Of a stretch of 64,000 nucleotides of DNA, positions 15,910 through 40,623 are shown one piece after another (within the stretch, counting starts at the first letter, position 1; every line of letters begins with the position of its first letter). The notes beneath the pieces were generated by a model. That model saw nothing but the letters and a program-made list of their open reading frames with translations. It was not told the origin of the DNA and made no database searches. The stretch covers positions 1,612,001 to 1,676,000 of the forward strand of contig CAVNZM010000015.1 in the NCBI GenBank assembly GCA_963693365.1, written 5' to 3'. Source of the stretch: Amoebidium appalachense. Taxonomy: Eukaryota > Protista > Ichthyosporea. A program made the position numbers and the translations under genes.

Positions 15910-18606
15910 AGCTCGAGAGAGAGAGAGAGGGGGGGGGGGGGGGGGGAGGGGCGGGAAAGAAGGGGTGCATGTGCATGTTGCACTTCGGTAAAGGGCAAAA
16001 TGAATATAAGTGAAATTCAACCTCGTGCGTGTTGCTACTGGCTGTATTTTTATTGGCAGTTCCCACCTCTTTTCTGCACCTGGCTGTGTTTTGATTTGGA
16101 GTTTCCCATCCTCGCTGCACATGGTTCTCATTTGAGCACAAGCTTCTGTACGCCCCGCTGGTGGCGTGCATATGTATACACGTTACATGTAGCCTTGCCG
16201 CCCTGCCTCTTTTCCCCTAGGAAGCCCCGATTCAAAACTTATCTCCTGCATCCAGTTCTACGGACAATATTAGTTGAATAGACGTGTGTTTGCGAGTCTG
16301 ATCAACTATCACTCGAAACGAACACTTTCTGGATATCCGGCACCATAAGGTGCCATGGGTTCTTGGATGCCTCGAAATCAAGTTCCCAAACAGCAAAAAA
16401 GGATGGTTCTGTGTTTCGTGCTGTGTGCCTAAATGCACCTTCACAGTTTCCCCCCCCTCCCCCCCCCCCAGGCCTTTCTTTTTTCTTTTTTGCGGCGAAG
16501 CGGCACTGGCAGGAACAACCCGCGCAGTGTTGGCCGCAGGCCAATCAGTGGCGACTGGTCCATGATCACGCAGCAGGATTTATAGGCGCATATGATTGGC
16601 GATAGGGTCTGTTGGCGGTTGGACCATTCTTTTAAAGCAATACTCAAAAGAAACTGACTGGTTTAACTGCTTTACTGTATTTTTTTTTTGTTTTTGTTTT
16701 TATTTCTTCAAGCTTGTGTTGCTGTGAAATTGTACTCATCAGCATATACAAAACCGCATCTGCAAACCGACCGTGACGTTACCGGCTGTAGCCCGCGAAA
16801 CCTGGGCAGTGAGGGGTTTATGCACTTTGGACTGCTGCGGACATCGTCAGGGGCCTAGCGGCCTCACTTGACGGCCTACTGCGTTTTCCAGCGCAGCCAA
16901 TCAAATGCAGCTAGTGACTTATGTACACTGTATGTAGGCTAGAAGCTAGCATTGGTCAGTTGGTAGCTCCGAGAGAAAGTTCAGACAATATCATACTGTG
17001 CAGCATTAATAAAGGTGATCTAACACGGTCATTTCATAACGGATATACTGGGGGAGAGAAGTAGAAAAGAGAATAAAGCCGCCCATAATCTCCGGTTCTA
17101 CCACATTAGCTAACAGGTCACAGTTATTGATAGATACGCATCCGCCAGTAGTAAACCGCCCCCCACACATATTACACATACGAGCAGGAGACACCAAAAA
17201 CCGATTACAACGCCAAGACATAATCATCTTTGCATATTTATACGACACAGCGTCATGAATAAACGAATCTATATAGGAGCGAGATTGTCTAACGGTATCC
17301 GCCATACAGGCTACATAAGTTGGTGTTTTTGCTGACCTACAACACTGGGAGGGACTCGACACGTTAAGTAAAAAGGTATCTATTAGCCATAGACTTAAAA
17401 CTATTCATAGTCACACTATGGTCCAGCCGTACCTCCGGTGGAGTCGCCAGCCACTCCGCATATCGCTCGACAATGGGCAGAGACGATGTGGAAGGGAAGA
17501 GGTAGAGGGGCGAGTCCGGCGGGGATGCGTGTAGCCGGAAGAGTGGATGGGTCGGGGCAATGGCGGATAGGCGGGTGATGTGCTCGTGAAATTCGCCTTC
17601 ATGATCAGGTTAGTAATTCGTGTATGCGTTGTGATGGTAGTGTGAGTGCGTATCGGCTCAAGGAGATTCGGGTCAGACTGGTTTATAGTGTACAACGGTT
17701 AACAGAAGCAATCGCTTTTCCTGGTTGAGCTAGGCTAAACAAAGCCGGACACCTTTATCAAACGATCATAAAATATACATTTTATATGAATTATACACTT
17801 GCGGTTTATACAAAATAAGATGTCATTACTCCATCAGTTGTCACTCGAGATGCCATTTTGTATAGGGATTTTGCGATTCGGGCCGTTGTATTGTTGCCTT
17901 CTGATCCGCTCAAGCAAGCGAGCCTGGCAGGCTCCCAAACGGTGTTCAACTATTAGCTAAAAGTCATGTGCTGCGCTGAGCACTCGTGAAACATAGACGC
18001 ACAAGCGGCGAGATGGACGAAATAAATATTTAAAAGAAGCTTATGAGTGGCCCATATGCTCATCTGATAAAGAAGGCGCTAAACGGCAGGTAAAAGTGTA
18101 ATTAGAAAACTAGACTAAAAGAAAATGAATTCAGGGATTCTCCCCCCCCCCCCCCATCTCTTTTGTGTAGTTTTCTGCAAGGTTTTGCGGCCTTAGAGTT
18201 GGTGTAAGCCGGCCTGTTCATCTATCCATATGGCTTCCCTCGTTAATATTCTAAGGTCAACATGTACTAAGTCCTGCGCAAAATGTTGCGCAAAACCTAT
18301 CTTTCCTTGTTGCTATAAAGCACGATCCTCGGTACTATATTTCCAAGGATGAGGAGCCCCAAATACCAATAATGCTCATGGCGATTGGCTGTTTATCATG
18401 TCGCCCAAAAGCACTCAGATAAGTTACTGTATGATAATGACCAGGTTCAGCCAGTTTTCCTTGGAACACAAGAGAGACCTCAAGCCAACTCATGATTTTT
18501 TTTGCCATGAAGGGATTTTCTTGTCATGGAATCTGCTTTCTGATGTTTTAATTTACTTGCGCATTAGTCAGAGACGAGTGTGTGTAAAGATTTAGGAAGG
18601 TTAAAG

Positions 18607-19683
18607 ATGGCGCCTTTCTCTTACAGCACGTTTGACTGCGCCATGGGCTGTTCGCACCCGAAATGTCATCCCACCCCCTCCCGGTGTCACAATGTTGCCA
18701 CTCCAGTTACGGATTTCCTCTCGGAATGGGGCGAACGTAAGCTCGAAGGTCACAGGCATGACGAATCTCTTGCGGCATTCGTTGATAGAATACGAAACGA
18801 AAACACGGTCACCACTGAGACGTTCATCCTTGCACTTTTATATGCCGACCGGTATCGCAGACACGGTGACGCTCGGTCCCAACCTGCGTGCGGGCACTGC
18901 GTTTTCGTTGGTTCTCTCGTTCTTGCTTCAAAATATCTTCAAGACGTTCCCTACAACAACAGCCACTCGGCAAAGCTTGCAGGAATCGACCTTGCATTGC
19001 TGAACTCTGTCGAAGTGTGGCTGTTGCAAGGGATTCGCTGCGAGCTGTACGTTGTTGCAGAGCACTTTGCCGAGTGGAAAGATCTCTACAAAGCTGAGAA
19101 TTGGTCGTATTCTCGCGCGCTCGAGGCTCCCGCCGCCTTTCCGACATCCACGTGTCCACGACCAGCCTCACCACGTTCATATTATGGGGCTGACCAGCCC
19201 ATGTGCTACAATTCACACGAGCGCATGGCTGTTCCACGGACTACCAAATATGAGCACCTTGCAGCAAGCCTAACCCCGCCATACTCGGCCAGAGGCTATC
19301 ACACACCAGCAATGTATACGATGGCCGATCCCTGCTACCTCCCCGACCCAGACACTTATTACCCATCTGAGTCCAGGGAATGTCCAAAAACAGTGGCCCA
19401 CACTTCTTGCTCGTCATACTGCATGGTAACGTCTTCTTGCGACAGCTTGGAGCCGGCATACAGCCCATTGGTACATCATCACGAACGAAGCCACAGCCGC
19501 CAAAGCATCCGTTTCCAACCTTATCGGAGGAGCGGGCTTTCTCCTGCGTATGCCGACTTGCACGTGGAGAGAGGGACAGCGGCGTCAATGTGTACACCTG
19601 CTTGGTCATCGAGGTATGCGAGAGCGCACATGCCAACTTCAAACACGAATGCGTATTTTCCGGGCTGCTCGGTGGTCGTGTGA
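18607..19683 (+). CDS. PHO80/PCL-family (PHO85-type) cyclin, intronless, 358 aa
   Basis: Single ORF starting aagATGG. Cyclin box TFILALLYADR...VFVGSLVLASKYLQDVPYNN...LNSVEVWLLQGIRCELYV, followed by a long Ser/Pro/Tyr-rich tail. Confidence 0.9.
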   Translation: MAPFSYSTFDCAMGCSHPKCHPTPSRCHNVATPVTDFLSEWGERKLEGHRHDESLAAFVDRIRNENTVTTETFILALLYADRYRRHGDARSQPACGHCVFVGSLVLASKYLQDVPYNNSHSAKLAGIDLALLNSVEVWLLQGIRCELYVVAEHFAEWKDLYKAENWSYSRALEAPAAFPTSTCPRPASPRSYYGADQPMCYNSHERMAVPRTTKYEHLAASLTPPYSARGYHTPAMYTMADPCYLPDPDTYYPSESRECPKTVAHTSCSSYCMVTSSCDSLEPAYSPLVHHHERSHSRQSIRFQPYRRSGLSPAYADLHVERGTAASMCTPAWSSRYARAHMPTSNTNAYFPGCSVVV

Positions 19684-21495
19684 TGTGACCTAGAAACTTA
19701 GAACAAACGAATATGATGTTTTTTAGGTTAGAAGGACAAAGTTTTCTTTTGCCGTTTGTTATTACCGAACGATATGTAGGAATGAATATTACCTGAACAT
19801 AATGTGACTGTTGAAAGACCGAAAAAAAATTAATTGAAATAGCTGTAATTCAAAGAGATTTTTTCCTTTTCAAGTTTTTGTTGGTGAGCTTCAAAAACCG
19901 TAGCAGCTCGTGAACTTAGCGTGTTGCAGCAAGTTGTGTTGTAACTTAAAATAATGGATATATTTTGTTGTACTTGAAAATGTACGTTGAAATACAACCT
20001 GGCTTGGACAACGACCAGATGCCGTTTGAGGTATGAGAAATGGGGCTGTGAATAAACACAGTTCACCAATAAATGTAGAAAAGCATGCTTCGATGGTATT
20101 ATTACTGCCATAGCACGTGACTACGTGAGTTGTGTCTGTTGATGTGCGCGTGCAACGAGACATTAGGTCACGGCTCGTAAACTGCATGGTTGCATAGCTA
20201 CCGTCACATGGACGGGCACATCATCCTGTATCAAAGCGGTGTCCGCTTACATCCGCCCGATCGGGATTGAGTCGTATGACCCTTTGCTGCAAGTTTTGTT
20301 TTGCCATGGTCGCGAACAAAGAGACCACTCATGGCAAGTGCGCACTGAGTGTGCGGTGAGTTAGCACTTCAGGATAGACCGCTACGGGGTCTTTACCGTC
20401 CTTCCAGATCTTGGTCGGGTTGCCACTCAAGAAGTTCCGGCTGGTATCTTCGAACCTGTAGCTATATGTGCATGTGCACATTGCCATGACTACGCTGCAG
20501 CTGTACGATGTCGTTAGTGGCAACACCACATGCATCTAGGGCTAGGTAGAAGGGATGTCTTACTCAGTGACGGCGGCAAGAACCAACATAGGGACCTTGT
20601 GTGACTTGTTGCAAGATCATGCAATTTCTTGCAACGTACATGTGCACCGTTCTGAGTCACTGACGCTGACTGTGGCAAGCGAAATCCTATGTCGCAAATG
20701 GCAAACCTTATAGTGTCGCGGGCCGGCAGGGGGCCGCAAAAGGACGGGTCGCTCCTCTATCAAGGCTTCTTGCGACCCTCGGGCCCGGTGCCCCCTGGCT
20801 GGAGCAGGCTCCGAACGATCTGCGTAGGAATGTTAAAAGTGATCAGCGAACACCAGCTATTGGTGGATCGGGAATTTGCGTAAAAATTGTGGGCTTGTTT
20901 TTCTCCGAGCTTCAAGTCCTAGCGCTGAACTTCGTTTGCCAAGTTGCACTTCGCCTTCACAGAACAGTGGAAACCCTCCCGTCACTTTCAGCAACAGAGA
21001 AAAGAAAAAGGTTTAAACTAGCCGTTTGGCCAAGGGCGTACATGCCTGGGCTTTGCTAATTCATCTTACAGCTGCACGCACTGGCATCTGCTTTGAAACT
21101 ACTGCTACTATTGGGCATTCATTGGGGGTGACCAACTGCACTAATGATGACATTAGATAATGCCTTGATGGAATCATTGAAGTCTATTTAATTTTGTCCT
21201 ATCTATTACATATGCATAAAGATTGGAAGCTACATCGTTCAATTGAACATTTGGAGGTTAACCAGGCCGATGCTCATAGTGCGGTTGGCGCAGATCTGTA
21301 GTGAAATCACGAAGTTGATCATCTTGTTGTTGTTGGGTTCAGGCTCACAAGGCTATACGTACCTAAATTGCTTACCATAAACCAGAGTCTATAAAAAACC
21401 GCCAGTCACAGATCTCCGTTTTCTTATTCTGAGCTTGGCAAAGAAGAAAGGTTGCCGAGTGCACCCCCGTCACTGAAAAACAAATAAAACCAAGC

Positions 21496-32713
<11,218 letters not shown>

Positions 32714-32974
32714 GGTTTTATGTTAATATGTAGGTAGGTGGGTGGGTGTGGAACACTGTGGATGTTTGTGTTGGGGTTATATGGTGTCTGCTATAAATTT
32801 TGAATATGGCATAATACATTATGTGTGCAGATGCGCATGGCTTGTGTGTGTTGCCGTTGTTGTGATATCTATTTTTCATCACCCTGTATCTTTTATGTAA
32901 TAATGGGTGGGTGATTTTTCCATGACTGCGATTGGGTTATCTGCATTCAATTTGGCATTTTTCTTGATGCGTGC

Positions 32975-33117
<143 letters not shown>

Positions 33118-34849
33118 CTATTCGTTACGGTTTTACCTATAGTATGCACTTGGGAGCTGTTTGTATCAATCATTTTTACCATTAGCCTATCTAATATTTT
33201 TTTTTTTAGATGTGAATGTGCGTGTACCTTGTCGACCCCCGTAGGGCCCCGTCGTTGTCCGTGTGGGTTCAACCCCAGTACACGCTATGAGGGGCATTTA
33301 AATTTCACATGATGTAGTATAAACCAAATCTAATCAAATAGTAAGTGTTTTGCTTAAAGGAAGAGTTAAAGCAGGTAAGCAGATAGTCACCCAGTTTGGT
33401 AACCTGTTCTATGAATGTGTGTTTATCCAGAGACCCCTAGGTTATACATATCCCTACGGCTCATATATAGATCCCACAAATGCACTCCTAATATTCAGGC
33501 TTTTTTGGTGGGGTTTTTTTTTCTTTTTTTTTTTTTTTTTTCTTTTTTTTTTCTTCTTTTTTTTGGTGGTGTTCCATTTGGCAGTGCAAGTATGGGTTAT
33601 AAGTGATACCTCAATTTTTTACATGTATATCTTGTTGGGTGGAAGTACTGTTGGCCTTGGTGCCGACAACTCATCACAGCTCACCTACATGTCGTTAATA
33701 AACAGCACATTCCCCCAGTATGGGTTACACGTCTTCAAGTTGTGTAAAGCAATGCCATATAGACAAACTAATATTATCCGTGTATCATATGTGCTCAGAC
33801 ATTGTGATTAGGAAAATGTTGACCATAGTGCATTATGTACGAGTGCTAATGTGTTAACAAGTGCTTCTATATATTAAAGACTTTTTGTATCTGCTGTTTT
33901 GTCTGGGCTGGAGTCTTGTACGATCTCCTGCAGAGCTTCACTTAACTGCTACCCCCCTCCCCCCCTCCCCCCCCCCCCCCCTCTTCCCCCTGCCGCCGCC
34001 CAAAAGTTTAACTTTTTATTTGTTTTGTTTTGTGAGGGTTTCAACGGTTTTTGTCTTTTTGTGCCTTCTTCTCCCTTGTTTCCAACCCTCTAATGCATAT
34101 AGTCCAAGGAGGCCTTGAGACCCCCCCCCCCCCCCCCCCCCCCCCTCCCCCTCTCCCCCCGGGGACCCCCCCCTCTCCCCCCCAAATTGATTTAGGGTTT
34201 TTATTTTTATTTTGTTGACGTTTTTTGTTTTGTCTTTTGGTGCCTCCTCAGGCTTTAAAAATTTAAAATTAATATTTCCAACCCTCTACATCAGCTATTA
34301 CGGCCGATTACGGCGATGACGTCACCTTGTCGATCCAACTTGATCTGGAACGCAAGTCGAGTCGAGAAGTACCGTACGTGGCGTTTATGCGATGTATTAT
34401 GGTCCGACATAAAAAGTATAGTTAGGTTTCTGGTGGATTATTTATAAAGTGACTGATATGGCAACAGCAAGGCAGTAGCAAAAGGAAACGAGTGAATGAG
34501 GGAGGGGATGTTTATTAGGGTGATTCAAGCGTCAAGCAAGGTTTGGCGATGGTCTGGGTGACCCAGGGGGCACATGTCCAGGAACAACTGGAGGAATTTT
34601 GTGAAAACGTAGTGATTAAAGGACCACTCAGCAGCCTGAAGGCTTTTAAAGATCTCTCTTGGTATACATCTTTCTACGCCACCGGTCGGGAGCACCAGCT
34701 TTTGCCGGACTTTTTTGTTTCTCTAACATTCCCCTCCTTATTCTCGTATATACTCTTGGGGTTGTTTCACTCTCAAAATGGTGTTAGGCAAAGAACTCCC
34801 AGATCTTCCTGAATTCGATCTTTCATCGAAGTCTTCTCTTTGCTCCGCC

Positions 34850-35160
34850 ATGGCGACGGATGCAAAAAACATGACGATTCAACCTTGTTTGCAAAGAGAG
34901 AATCTTACGTATACGGCATGCTATTGCGAGGAAAATGTGTGGAAGCTGTGTGAGGCGATAGGGAAGAATATGGGGGAGGAACGGTTGAGGGACTACACGG
35001 TGTGTTTTATCAGCAACGCGCAACAGATGGTGGGTGTCTTTTTATTGTTACATATTTTTTGTGTGTGCAGGCTCGTACGTGCATACGTGCGTATGCGTGT
35101 GTGCGTGCGTGCGTGTGCGCGCGCGCGCGCGCGCGCGTGTGTGTGCATGCACGTGTGTGT

Positions 35161-35219
<59 letters not shown>

Positions 35220-35592
35220 TTTTGAGGGCAGAGGGGAGGGAGGTGGAGAAGAGATGCATTTTACCTTTGTGTGTGTGGGTGTGCTCATGTGTGTGCGTGT
35301 TTGTGTATATGTTTACAACTGCACGAGTACAGGATTTCCCTCATTTTCTCCCTTTCTCTTCTCCCTGTAAATTTTTTCGTAGCACTTGTTCGTTGGAATT
35401 TTTGTGGGTATTCTTGTTGCTCGTGACTGAAAGAATGTGTAACGGATTAATAGCATTGCCGACAAAATACAAGCACACGGAGAGTTGTACAACAGACGTG
35501 GCAAGATACTCTATGAGGAGACATGAAGCCTGTATGCCCACCCACACTGACCTTGTACGTGCACATGAACGAGTGCACACACATGCACACAC

Positions 35593-35653
<61 letters not shown>

Positions 35654-35741
35654 CAAGCACATCCACGCACACATGCACTCGCACGCGCCTGCGCAGACAC
35701 GCGCACTCACACACAAGGATGGGCGCACACGCGCGCGCGCG

Positions 35742-35790
<49 letters not shown>

Positions 35791-35792
35791 GC

Positions 35793-35872
<80 letters not shown>

Positions 35873-36162
35873 GCCGATATGGTGTCAGAAATCGTCTGAA
35901 GTGGAGGACAATCTCGTCGTTTGGGTAAGGAACCAGCGTTATTCCTACCTTAAATTTTTTACAATAAGATATCCTGGGAATATGATTGCCTCTTTTTTCT
36001 TGTTTACGTAACCTCTCATGATTGATTCTTTGTTTTTGTTAATGCGATGTCTCACCCACATCAATACTTCCCTTTTCCGGGTCTTTTTATTTTTTATTTT
36101 TTTTTGTTTTTTTTATTTTTTGGTGCGTGTTCGTGTTGTGGGGATGGGGTGGGGTGGGGTGG

Positions 36163-36215
<53 letters not shown>

Positions 36216-36511
36216 GGGATACAATGACGGAGATGTGCTGTAATGGTTGTTTTTTTTATCCTTTTTTTTTTTTTTTTTGCACAAATGGAACTAACGTCAA
36301 TTCCTTCACAGGACTACCATGTCGTTCTTATCCAGGAAAGGTAGGAGCTCCCCCCCCCCCCCCCCCCCCCCCAACCATTCACCCCTCCTTTTTCCTCCAC
36401 CGCCCACAATATAAAAAGGATGGTAGTGGCATGTGTATATGTGTGATGGTGATTGTGGTGAGGGAGTGGGTGATGTGGTGGTGGTTGGTGGTGGCGGTTT
36501 TGGGGGCCCGG

Positions 36512-36548
<37 letters not shown>

Positions 36549-36805
36549 GGCAGGCTTAGAGATTTGTTTGGTGACGGGCGCGGTTAGTATCATCTGCCTA
36601 CATGATCTTTGGATTCTCTTTTTGCTTTTTTCGTCGTCCTTCTTCTACGCTTCCCTGGGGGGGGCAAGGGGGGGAGGGGGGGGGGGGGGGGGGGGGGGGG
36701 CAGGGGTGGGGGGTGTATTTTCGGAAGGGGGGGGGGGGGTTTGGGGGGGGGGGGGGGGGGGATGGGGGGAGGGAGGGAGGGGGAGAGAGAAGGGGAGAGA
36801 GAGAG

Positions 36806-36842
<37 letters not shown>

Positions 36843-38391
36843 CACACTACAACCAATCTGGGTGATGATAAAAGGTGAATCTCTCTTCTCTGGGTGTTTC
36901 CCAATGGCCAACTCGTAATCGATAATCGTTTCACTCGCGTCTTTACTCTAGTTCAAGCAAACCTCACAGAATTGAAGTTCAAATGCTTTTAGACCAAAAA
37001 CATATTAACATATTTATATATATTTTTTTTAACAGGGACGGAGAGGAGGCGTATATATATGATCTCGACACGACGTTGCCTTGTCCCTGTCCCCTGAGGG
37101 AATATGTCCAGGGGGCATTCAAACCACACCTACTGTTGAAGAAGGAGTATAGAAGGTGGATGCACTGCACATGCACACACACGCACACACACACACACAC
37201 ATAAACACACACACACACAAGCGCGCACACACACACAGGCACACACGCGCGCGCTCGCGCGCGCGCACACACACACACATGCTTGCGTGTTCTTAGTTTC
37301 CTTCCTTTTTTTGTTTGTTTGTTTGTTTGTTTGTTTGTTTGTGTGTGTGCGCACGTGGGCGCGCGCGCGCGTGTGTGTGTGTGTGTGTGCACGCGCTTTT
37401 TTATTTTTAATTTATTTAATTTTATTTTATTTTATATTTTGGGGGGGGAGGGGGGGGGGTTTGTTGTTGCTGTTGTCATACAGAACACGTCTGCCGAAGG
37501 TTGTTATGCGCCCAATTGTGGTGTGGTGTGAGGTGATGCGGTGTGTGTGTGTTTGTGTGTGTGTGTGTGGTGTGTGTGTGTGTGTGTGTGGTGTGTGTGT
37601 GTGTGTGTGCCTTCCTGTCTATACCTCTGCCTGTGTGTCTATTCCTGCAACGTACGTGTTGCTTATGCCTGTGCCTGTTTTGCCCACATATGCCTGTGTG
37701 AGTGTATGTTTTGTGTGCAAATGCTCTTTCGCGCAGGCACACACATGCTTGTAAAATTGTTCTTTTGCATGTAGAGCCGAAGTGTGGGCATACACCTACA
37801 GGATGGTAGCACATGCATAAGCACGTGTATGTTCTAACAACTGTGTAGGTGCACGTCATAGCGTGTGTGTGTACATTCACATTATAGCACGTGCACGCAC
37901 TGACGGGTGTGTGCACATGCGTGTTTTAACAGGAGTTTCCGACTGGTCCCTGCGAGGGACTATCTGTCTATGTTTGCCAGCGACCGCAGTCACATGATCG
38001 ATGAAAATGGAGAGTACAAGTCAGAGCCCCCACCGTATCCTCCAATCAGAACATCAGGTAGGTGGGGGAATTGGGTTTCTCTGTGTAATTTTGCCGTAAA
38101 TTTGGATATTTGAGCATGTGGGGGAAAGGACGCGACCGAGGATGTGGGAGAGAAGGGGGGGGGGGGGGGAGAGAGAGAGAGGGGTGTTTGGGGGAGAGGG
38201 GGGGGGGAGGGGGGGGGGGGAAGGTGGTGATAAGGAGATTGAGAGATCAGGTGTCTTGCTATTCGTCCGCTAAATGCCATGGCCATGTGGGTGCAGGCAG
38301 ATTGGTTTAGGAGGTTTTCTGTTGTCCAAAATAGGCAGCTACATAGGCAGGCATGCATGCAGGCATTCTACATACCGTGCCTGAGGGATGG

Positions 38392-38488
<97 letters not shown>

Positions 38489-38813
38489 CGCGCGTGCGCG
38501 TGCGCGTGCGCGTGTATGTGTGAGTGTGTGTGCGTGTGCGTGTGTTTGTGCGTGTGTTTGTGCGTGTGTGCGTGTGTGCGTGTCAGTGTGCGTGCATGCG
38601 CGTGCGTGTGAGTGCGTGTGAGTGCGTGTGTATTCGTGCGTGTGTGCGTGCGTGCGTGTCAGTGTGTGTATGCGTGTGTGCGTGTGTGCGTGTGTGCGTG
38701 CGTTCGTGCGTTGTACGTACGTTTTCCTTGGGTTTGTTAGTGTGCTGTATGCATCTTTGCCTCTCAACCTCTCTCTCCTCCTACCCAACCCCCTTATCTA
38801 TCTCTCCCTCACT

Positions 38814-38846
<33 letters not shown>

Positions 38847-39337
38847 TACTCCCACCACCCCTCCCCCACCCGGGCACCCGTGCCTCCCCTTCAACCGTGT
38901 GTGAGGGCATGATAATTATGTCTGTTTTCGCCCGATAGTCAACGGTGTGTGTACCTTTAACCGGCACGGCAAATTATTCTTTTTCCCCTACTAATACTTT
39001 TGTGCTGGCCGAGAGGCCGGAGCGGTTAAACAACTACATTCCACTTAGCTTTCTGTTCATGACAGGCAGCCAATGAGTCTTGGTTTCCTCCTCTCTCTCT
39101 CTCCCTGCATTCCGCTCCCTTTCCCTCTTCCTCTCTCTCTCTCGCGCGCGGTCTTTCCTTCCTTCCTTCCTTCTTCTTTCTCTTTTCGGTTGGGTTTTTG
39201 TGTACATGATAACTAACCATTCATATGCTGTGTTTGCAGAGTGCACTATGAATCTGGCCCAGTTTACATCGATGACTCCACTCACCGGCCCAGGGAGAGT
39301 CGTCGATCTTAAAGCACTCATGAAGATATTTGCTTAA
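34850..39337 (+). CDS. NTAQ1: Protein N-terminal glutamine amidohydrolase (WDYHV1), about 201 aa, 6 exons
   Basis: Exons 34850-35029, 35871-35924, 36312-36340, 37036-37155, 37933-38057 and 39240-39337. Motifs [17 protein letters not shown]|[28 protein letters not shown]. Start in gccATGG context; an upstream in-frame ATG exists at 34778. Confidence 0.96.
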
Positions 39338-39385
39338 AGGGTGTTAAAGAAAGAAGGAATTGGGTGCAAGGAGTGGGAAGGGGAA

Positions 39386-39424
<39 letters not shown>

Positions 39425-40623
39425 CAATTTTCGAATGGCTCTATATACGCGTATGATGAGAGTGTAGGTTGCATGAGAGGTCGACTTGCAACCTATACGT
39501 ATACCATTGTTTCTTTAATTCTTTTTGCCGGTTGCTGGTTGGTTGAATTTGAGACGCTGCATGTGTCACAACACAATACATGTATTAGTGTTAGGGACAA
39601 ATATGTCTAATATTAAATCACGAAAATAATTGGCTGCCGTTATGAAATTTGCACGCGAGTAGACCATACATAGCCAATCATAATGAATGCCTTTCCCTCG
39701 TACTCTGAGAGGGTTTGCCATGGAAATTCATGATGCCTTAGATTTATGTTTTGGGCTGAAATTTCACTCCCATTAATATTGTGTGGGTGGGTGTATGGTA
39801 GTGACACCGATATAAATATCGGATAGATTCATGTGGTTGTACGCATTGGCATATCATAGTATGCCTGTACATGAACAATGCAGACCAATAAAATTCAATT
39901 CATTTATGTGTCTATGGAGGTGGATTGTGCATATCTTTTCCACCCATGAATTCAGCTATGTAATACTTATGCAAAAGCACATGTGCTTTTTTATTGCAAG
40001 CCAATGTATGGACGAATTATAAAATTATAGATCTGTGCCATGCATGCATAAATTTCCTGAAACGTTAACGTTAACATCACAGCCCTTTTGATCTTCCGGC
40101 TAGACTTCAATTACACGCATACGTTCCAAGTTCATTACTGGTTGGTTTCAAATTCGATTCGTTCGGAACACCCATACACGGTAATTTTTTTCCGCCATGT
40201 GCCGCTCACCGCTGAGTTACGTACACTTGTTTTCTTAAAGACACTTGAATACACTAGGGTGCAAAGACAGCATGAAATAGCAATAAAAAACAAACAAAAA
40301 TAAAAAATAAAAAACGAGATTACAGGAAGGTGTAAACATGTAAACTTCTTCTGTTCGTATGCCTTGCGTCTGCCTGTACAGTACAAACATCGAGTTTGTT
40401 CATGTCGCCTACAAATAGATGCCAGAGCACTAAACCACCTTGAAACTTATCTTTACACTACATCAACATTCGCATAATTACTTAGATTTTGTTTTTGGAT
40501 ATTCAACCACTTGCAGGAGATCCACGTTTTCTAAACATACGAAAATTAGGTGAATTCATAGAAAATAGAACAGTGCCAGCCTGGTTACTCTTTCAGAGTA
40601 CAAGCATTGAAAATCGGCAATTT

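Noticed and set aside
34543-34812. 89-codon ORF upstream of NTAQ1
   Set aside because: It has a non-ATG start and no recognisable motif, and lies in probable promoter or 5' UTR sequence.
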